NCBI RefSeq assembly: GCF_009914755.1
Contig: NC_060940.1
Direction: 5' to 3' (one strand)
Source: the human T2T-CHM13v2.0 reference genome, Homo sapiens
Length of the DNA stretch: 64,000 nucleotides
Below, one piece after another: positions 55,531 through 64,000 of this stretch. The notes beneath the pieces were generated by a model. The model was given only the letters and a program-made list of their open reading frames with translations, did not search any database and was not told the DNA's origin. Both the position numbers and the translations under genes were made by a program. How positions within the stretch are numbered: the first letter of the stretch is position 1; each line of letters opens with the position of its first letter.

Positions 55531-55761
55531 AACCAATGACCTTCCAAAGCACTGGCTGGGCTTATCCAGGTCAGCCAGAGGCCCTAATCCAAGCAGGACT
55601 AAGGTGGTTTGCACTGGATTTCAACAATGGTGAAACACGTTTCTCCATCATTGTAAAATAACACATTCCTTTGGAAAAATACAAAGAAACTTGAAGTATT
55701 CAAACAATATCCTTGAGCCAACAGCACGCCTCAACATTTCAAGGCATATACACACATGCAT

Positions 55762-55797
<36 letters not shown>

Positions 55798-55862
55798 AAT
55801 TTTTGGAGGTGAGGGAGGAAAAGATGGGGAACAAAAACACACATTTGGTGAGCCTCATGCAA

Positions 55863-56365
<503 letters not shown>

Positions 56366-56390
56366 TAATTCCCCAACATATTTTGGCTAA

Positions 56391-56676
<286 letters not shown>

Positions 56677-56975
56677 TTTTTTTTTTTTTTGGCTAAAATC
56701 GAAGGAGTCCCAAGGTAGGCCTAGATCACAACAGAGTGAACCTAGTAGTGTTCAGAAAAGGTTAGATTATCCACCACAGAAATAAAATGAACGTTTCAAA
56801 ATTTAAAACACAGGAATGTAAATGGTCCCAGTAAATAAAAAGAAGCCCCTAAAAATCCTTCCACTCTGCCAGAGCAGAGTAAGACCAACAAGGTCATATA
56901 CCCGGCACACACGCTCTAGCTGTTCTTTCCCTCCTAATTCCCAGTGATCTTCTTAAAGCAGCTAGCAGACCTTAC

Positions 56976-57079
56976 CATTGCATTGAGCTGGGAGTTGCTG
57001 GCCTGCGTAATGCCAAGAATGTTGGTGGTGTGCATCACTTCAACCGAAAAACTCGGCAGCCAGCTCGCAATCCGAGACC
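56976..57079 (-). CDS. AMFR: AMFR exon 10: (G)SRIASWLPSFSVEVMHTTNILGITQASNSQLNAM
   Basis: tttcag|GG acceptor and ATG|gtaagg donor; 104 nt; inside ORF 56934..57155. Confidence 0.94.
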
Positions 57080-57874
57080 CTGAAACAAACAAGAATCCAG
57101 TGTAAGTTTCAGAGCCCTGACTCTTTCCCCCGTCATCTGCTCTCACGGTAGCCACTGTAATGGCTGGTGTTCACTGAGGGCTTCTTGTATGGCAGGCTTC
57201 TCATGCCAAGTGTTTCACGTGGACTAGCTCATTTAATCCTCACTACACTCCACATGGTACCTCCTATTATCATTCTTATAGTATCCTTCTCAAAGATATA
57301 GCACTAGTACCCTTGGTCTTTGGTCTCTGAGGCACTTAGAAGTTAGGGGACTTGTCCAAGATCACACAGTTTAACTATGATGGCCAAGATGTGAAGCCAG
57401 ACAGGCAAGCTCTAGAACCCTTCACTGCTGAGCAATCCTGCTTTCCAGGGGGGCTGGATGCAGCCCAGCCCAGCGCCCTCACACACTCAGCCTGGGAGAT
57501 GAGGAAGCTTTTCAAGGCTCTAAAGCTTCTACAACACATGAGCTTTGGCTCCTCTTTCACAAGCTACACAAATGACTACTCACTTGGAGGCATTTTCACA
57601 TTTACTTTTAGGAAGTATTTTTTCTTTAATCTTAAAAGCCGTGGTTTTCTGATTCAAAATTCTTTTTAAATTGTTCTATTCTACAAAAAGGCTTGTAGAC
57701 TAACAGCACCAAGAAGTCTGCTGCTTCTGTTATTTCCCAAAGAAAACAGGAGCCTAAGATACAACAGCACCAAGAATTGGCTGTAAAACAACCCAATTAT
57801 CAAGCTACACATTTAAGGCTGCTTTTCATTCCTTCACAAAGAAACACTGATGCATGGAACAGAAAATCAAGTGT

Positions 57875-58170
57875 GGCCAGGAGCAGTGGCTCACGCCTGT
57901 AATCCAGCACTTTGGGAGGCTAAGGCGGGCAGATCACAAGGTCAGGAGATCAAGACCATCTTAGCCAAAATGGTGAAACCCTGTCTCTACTAAAAATACA
58001 AAAATTAGCCAGGCATGGGGGCACGTGCCTGTAATCCCAGCTACTTGGGAGGCTGAGGCAGGAGAATCACTTGAACCAGGGAATCAGCGGTTGCAGTGAG
58101 TTGAGATCACGCCACCGCACTCCAGCCTGGCGACAGGGCAAGACTCCATCTCAAAAAAAAAAAAAAAAAA
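57875..58170 (+). mobile_element. Alu (AluS-like)
   Basis: Dimer with A tail; TSD aaaatcaagtg. Confidence 0.9.
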
Positions 58171-59123
58171 TCAAGTGGAATGGCTATCTCAAAGGTCTTG
58201 AGATGGGTACAAACAAAACGTACCCATTTAAGAAATGGATACTTATTTCATGTACTAACTAGGGAGAAATAAAGTTGACTTTATCTATTTTGACTAAATT
58301 TTTAGTAGTCATAATTCACAAAATAATGGATTACATAGCCAGGTCTCATCTCTAATATTGCTAGTATATTTCAGAAGTTTTACCTGGAAGAGCCCTTCAT
58401 TCACAGCCACCAAACCAGGTCCTCTAAACCCCTCTAGCATTCTGGGCCCAGCCAGCCAAGTAGCCCCACCTACTCTTCTGGGAGACATGACTCTACTCCC
58501 CCTAGTCCCTTCTTTGAGGGATTTCACCAACACGACACCATCCCCACTGTACTCCATTCTTGAAACTCAAATCGGGGATGCGAATAGCACTACTGCTAAC
58601 AAAATTCCAGGGATGCTTGTGTTACAGTAATAATTATAAACATGAACTCACAGAATTTAGCAGTACTGGACTGTTGAAAATCAACAGCAGCTTAATGTGA
58701 ATTAAGGAAGGATGATCAACCAGACCTTGATATGTCATAGCCTTAGAATTTTAAGTGTGGTTTTCATTACAACTCCTTTTAACACTGCCGGGAGGCAGAA
58801 CATTTATATTTTATGGACAAAGCAACAGGGTTCCAGCTCTGATTCTGCTTCTGGTACTCACCAGAAAGGCTTCTCAATGATCCTTCATTATATGCTTAAA
58901 TGCTACACAAATGCAATATATTATTAGCAAAGGTTAACTATTGAGCTAATTAAGTGTGCTCCTTGAAGGCATGGTTGATTCAGTTTTACTCCTCCACCCT
59001 CCTGCCCCACCCTGCCCATATTGACATGGAATCAGGCAAAATGCCTGGAACCCCTCTGTTTGTTCTATCTCTATCCATCCATCCATCCATCCCACCTAAA
59101 CACTTTCAATTAAAATTGAAATA

Positions 59124-60139
59124 CAGTCAATGCGTAGCTTAACAACAGGGACACATTCTGAGAAATGTGTTGTTAGGTGATTTCATTGTTGTGCGAACAT
59201 CATAGAGTATATTTACATAAACCTAAATGGTATAGCTTACTACACACCTAGGCTATACGATATAGTCTATTGTTCTAGGCTACAATCCTGTACAGCATGT
59301 TACTATACTGAATGCTGTAGAGGCAATTATAACACAGTGCTAAGTATTTGTGTATCTAAACATATCTAACAGAAAACATACAGTAAAAATATGGTACACA
59401 AAAAGTACACCTGCATAGGGCACTTACCAGGAATGAAGCTTGCATGATTAAGGCTGCTCTGGGTGAGTCAGTGAGTGGTGAAATGTGAAGGCCTAGGACA
59501 TTACTGTGAACTCCTGCAGACTTTATAAACACTGTACACTTAGGCTACACTAAATTCATGACAAAATGTTTCTTTCTATATTCAATAAATTAAATTTAGC
59601 TTACTATAAGTTTTTTACTTCATAATCTTAATTTTTTTAACTTTTTGACTCTTGTAGTAACACTTAGCTTAAAATTCAAACACCCTGTACAGCTGTCGAA
59701 AATATTTTCTTTTTTATTCTATAAGAGTTTTTCTATTTCTAAAAGTTTTAATTTTACTTTTTAAATTTTTTTGGCTAAAAACTAAGATACAAACACACGC
59801 ATTAGCCTAAGCCTACACAGGTCAGGAGCATCAGTATCACTGTCGACCACCTCCACCTCCTGTCCCACTGGAACGTCTTCAGGGGCAGTAACACGCATGG
59901 AGCTGTCATCTCCTAGAATAACAATACCTTATTTTGGAATACCTCCTGAAGGACCTGCCTGAGGCTGCTTTACAGTAAATTTTTTTTGTATGTAAGTATG
60001 AGTACACTTTAAAATAATGATAAAAACTGTAGTAAATACCAGACTACAGGAATTTTTTAGGTCCATTATCATCTTATGGGACCACTGCCATATATATGGT
60101 TTGCCATGGAGTGAAATGTCGTTATGGGGCACATGACTG
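59124..60139 (-). mobile_element. Tigger3/MER7-family TcMar DNA transposon
   Basis: TA|cagtcaatgcg ... catgactg|TA terminal inverted repeats with a TA target duplication. Confidence 0.8.
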
Positions 60140-60243
60140 TATAATATTAAACTGGTCTATACAGGGCAATTTATAACTAAAATAGTATCTGCTTAAGGGA
60201 GAACACCCCTTAGGTATAGTTTCAGAGGTTGAAACCAACTAAC

Positions 60244-60434
60244 CATCGAAATGGAAGAAGTGATTGTGTTGGTTTAAGCGAGGTCTCCCTTCGGCTGCTG
60301 CTACAGGAACCAAATTCTCATCCAAGTTCTCTCCTTGATGTTCTTCCCTGACACGATTATTGTCGGCAATATTAAGAGACATTCTGCATGTTGGACAGGA
60401 GGTGTCTTGTTCTAGCCAGGAACGAAGACAGGAG
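60244..60434 (-). CDS. AMFR: AMFR exon 9: SCLRSWLEQDTSCPTCRMSLNIADNNRVREEHQGENLDENLVPVAAAEGRPRLNQHNHFFHFD (C-terminal part of RING-H2)
   Basis: ttggtag|CTCC acceptor and GATG|gttagt donor; 191 nt; C-x3-W...CP-x-CR RING tail. Confidence 0.94.
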
Positions 60435-62288
60435 CTACCAAAAAGTCCAAAAGAAGATACGTCAGCATCCTTGATTGTTCCTTAGCATACTTTGTGAGAA
60501 TTCACCCAGAAGTACTCTGGATATATCAAATGTGCTCCAATTTGATTTTCTCTCTACCACTAGTGAGATTTAAGTGTTGAGAAGCATTTATGGACTTTAC
60601 CTACTTGCCCTACTTCACTTTAATACACTTCCAGTGTGTCCTGCTGGGAACATGAATTCTTTACCATATGAAGTCATCTACCAAGCTCCTCGTTGTGACC
60701 CCTCTTCAATGGGGCTTCCTAGCATGGCTCACCATCTTCTCATCCAACTCCATTTGGCTACTTCAAAATCCATGTGGCTGAATCATCCAACACCCTGGCC
60801 TCTCATGTCCTTGAGTCCTCCACTCTGACGCTCATGTCTTTCACTCTGCTTTAGCTACCACCAGCACAGTCATCACCTTGGCTTGTCTTCAAAATCTTGA
60901 TGTCAAAATTCTCACTCATTCACTCAAGCTCCTCTCCTTCCAACTCACTTATCTGGCACCAAACTTACTAAGACCTCCCATCTGCTTTCTCCTCAAGCAT
61001 GACAGCCGTACAGGTCCTTACCTCCCTGTTCCCCTGGCTCACCTCTAACCTCTCCTCTCCATTCACCACCTCAATGTCCTCCACCCTCTTCTCTTTGCAC
61101 GCTGTTTTCCCAACAAGGCCGAAGCTTCTTTTGCCCTCTCTCAGGAGATGATAATGCCTTAATTATGGTAGACATTCAATAAATACTTGAGGTGTCCATT
61201 AAAGAAAGGAAAGGGTACTAGAGTAAGAAGCAGAAAATGTGAGATCAGTCCCAATTCTCCCTCTAACTAGCTGTGTGATCCAGGCAAACCCTTCAACCTC
61301 TATTGACTAGTCCTCTCCACTAAAGAATGAAATGGCTGGATGAATTAATCTCCAAGGTCCCTCCCATTTTATGAGAATTTGTTATCTTTCTCTAAGGGCT
61401 CAAGTAGGCACTGAATAAAAATGCTGTATCTTCTTTTAAATATCTACGAACATGTGTAGATATAAAGTTATAAAGGAAAACCTCACCATAATATGATAAT
61501 CCTCAGAGTCTCCAGCAACTAAATGGTACATAAGTAACAGGAGTTTCCTAGAGGCCAAGATGGAGCTACTTCTTAATCACTCTGTGTCATAAGAGTGTGT
61601 GACAGTCGTGTTCCAAAATAATGTCATCTGTCTGTATGTGTATACCCAACTCTCATATTTTGCAATAATTAAATACCTATAATTTGTATGTGATAATTTA
61701 GTCAAATAAATGATTTTTTTAAGTCCAATTCTCCTACTGACACCTTTAAATCACACCACTAGTATAATAAAATTAGCCTTGTGGGAGATTATAAAAATAT
61801 GTAAGATCCTTGCCTTCCAATAATGCTACACTGTGACATACTTTTTATAAGCAAATCTAAATTTATTTCACAGAGTGCAAAATCCTCCCACATAAAATAT
61901 AACAGCCTAAAAACTCCAAGGTGAGTACAACTAGTTAGATATAGTTTTCTGTTTAAAAAAAAAAAAAATGCTAGAGTTCCTTAACTGAGAGAAATCAAAC
62001 TTTAGAGAGAAAACAGATCTATTCACTGGACTCTGAAATGTTGCAAAAATATCCTCTACAGCAACAAATTATCTAGCTATTGTGCCTGCAGGAATATAGA
62101 CATTACCTTTATCACAAATTAAAATGAATTTGCCTTAGATTCTCAGCACACAATCATTCCGGAAGTTACAAAGCAAAGCAAACCAAGAGCATATCCTAAC
62201 AACTATTTGTTCACTCAACCCGAGGCAGATAAGTGTTTTAAAATTAAATCCTAACTCTTAAGCAACCACTGAGTAAAGAAGAAATCAT

Positions 62289-64000
62289 GGGTTCCAAGAT
62301 GGCCGAATAGGAACAGCTCCAGTCTACAGCTCCCAGCATGAGTGACGCAGAAGATGGGTGATTTCTGCATTTCCAACTGAGGTACCAGGTTCATCTCACT
62401 GGGGCTTGTCGGACAGTGGGTGCAGCGCACCGAGCATGAGCCGAAGCAGGGCAAGGCATCGCCTCACCCGGGAAGCACAAGGGGTCAGGGAATTCCCCTT
62501 CATAGCCAAGCAAAGCTGTGACAGACTGCACCTGGAAAATCAGGTCACTCCCACCCTAATACTGCGCTTTTCCAATGGTCTTAGCAAATGGCACACCAGG
62601 AGATTATATCCTGCGCGTGGCTCGGAGGGTCCCATGCCCACGGCTCGGAGGGTCCCATGCCCACGGAGCCTCGCTCGTTGCTAGCACAGCAGTGTGTGAT
62701 TGAACTGCAAGGTGGCAGCGAGGCTGGGGGAGGGGTGCCCACCATTGCTGAGGCTTGAGTAGGTAAACAAAGCAGCCGGGAAGCTCGAACTGAGTGGAGC
62801 CCACCGCACCTCAAGGAGGCCTGCCTATAGACTCCACCTCTGGGGGCAGGGCATAGCAGAACAAAAGGCAGCAGAAACCTCTGCAGACTTAAATGTCCCT
62901 GTCCGACAGCTTTGAAGAGAGTAGTCGTTCTCCCAGCATGGAGTTTGAGATCTGAGAACGGACAGACTGCCTCCTCAAGTGGGTCCCTGACCCCCGAGTA
63001 GCCTAACTGCGAGGCACCCCCCAGTAAGGGCAGACTGACACTTCACACGGCGGGGTACCCCTCTGAGACAAAACCTCCAGAGGAACCATCAGACAGCAAC
63101 ATTTGCTGTTCAGCAATATTCACTGTTCTGCAGCCTCCACTGCTGATACCCAGGCAAACAGGGTCTGAAGTGGACCTCCAGGAAACTCCAACAGACCTGC
63201 AGCTGAGGGTCCTGACTGTTAGGAGGAAAACTAACAAACAGAAAGGACATCCACACCAAAACCCCATCTGTACGTCACCATCATCAAAGACCAAAGGTAG
63301 ATAAAACCACAAAGATGGGGAAAAACCAGAACAGAAAAACTGAAAATTCTAAAAATCAGAGTGCCTCTCCTCCTCCAAAGGAATGCAGCTCCTCACCAGC
63401 AACAGAACAAAGCTGGACAGAGAATGACTTTGACAAGTTGAGAGAAGAAGGCTTCAGACAATCAAACTTCTCCAAGCTAAAGGAGGAAGTTTGAACCCAT
63501 CGCAAAGAAGTTAAAAACCTTGAAAAAAGATTAGACGAATGGCTAACTAGAATAACCAATGCAGAGAAGTCCTTAAAGGACCTGACGGAGCTGAAAACCA
63601 TGGCACGAGAACTACGTGACGAATGCACAAGCTTCAGTAGCCAATTCCATCAACTGGAAGAAAGGGTATCAGTGATTGAAGATCAAATGAATGAAATGAA
63701 GCAAGAAGAGAAGTTTAGAGAAAAAGGAATAAAAAGAAGTGAACAAAGCCTCCAAGAAATATGGGACTATATGGAAAGACCAAATCTATGTCTGATTGGT
63801 GTACCTGAAAGTGACGGGGAGAATGGAATCAAGTTGGAAGACACTCTGCAGGATATTATCCAGAAGGACTTCCCCAACCTAGGAAGGCAAGCCAACATTC
63901 AGATTCAGGAAATACAGAGACTGCCACAAAGATACTCCTCGAGAAGAGCAACTCCAAGACACATAATTGTCAGATTCACCAAAGGTGAAATGAAGGAAAA
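62289..64000 (+). mobile_element. L1PA (older than L1PA2) 5' UTR and disrupted ORF1, running off the window
   Basis: YY1 site caagatggccg at about 62295; 5' UTR of about 1 kb; ORF1 ATG at 63315 (MGKNQNRK...) with an in-frame TGA at 63492-63494. Confidence 0.93.

Overview
Human (primate) genomic DNA, recognised from memory as the GNAO1/AMFR junction on chr16q13. + strand, about 1-28.5 kb: the 3' half of GNAO1 (G-protein alpha-o). It has shared exons 5 and 6, then two tandemly duplicated terminal exon pairs. Exons 7B/8B give GoB/Go2, with a long 3' UTR ending near 19.2 kb. Exons 7A/8A plus non-coding exon 9 give GoA/Go1, ending near 28.5 kb. - strand, about 32.5-64 kb: the last six coding exons of AMFR (gp78 E3 ligase; end of RING, CUE, G2BR, VIM), convergent with GNAO1. 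The AMFR introns are packed with Alu, L1, THE1, MER30, Tigger and L2 elements, and the window ends inside an L1PA 5' end. Almost all ORFs in the supplied track are spurious. I see no evidence of a new gene system. The best leads are regulatory: (1) a nested set of long-range complementary stems across the GoA 3' UTR; (2) an RBFOX-motif cluster and a distal branch point that could drive the GoA/GoB switch; (3) back-to-back poly(A) hexamers at the AMFR 3' end; (4) an L1 antisense promoter/ORF0 pointing into AMFR exon 9. Exon numbering and repeat subfamily names come from recall and were not checked against databases.
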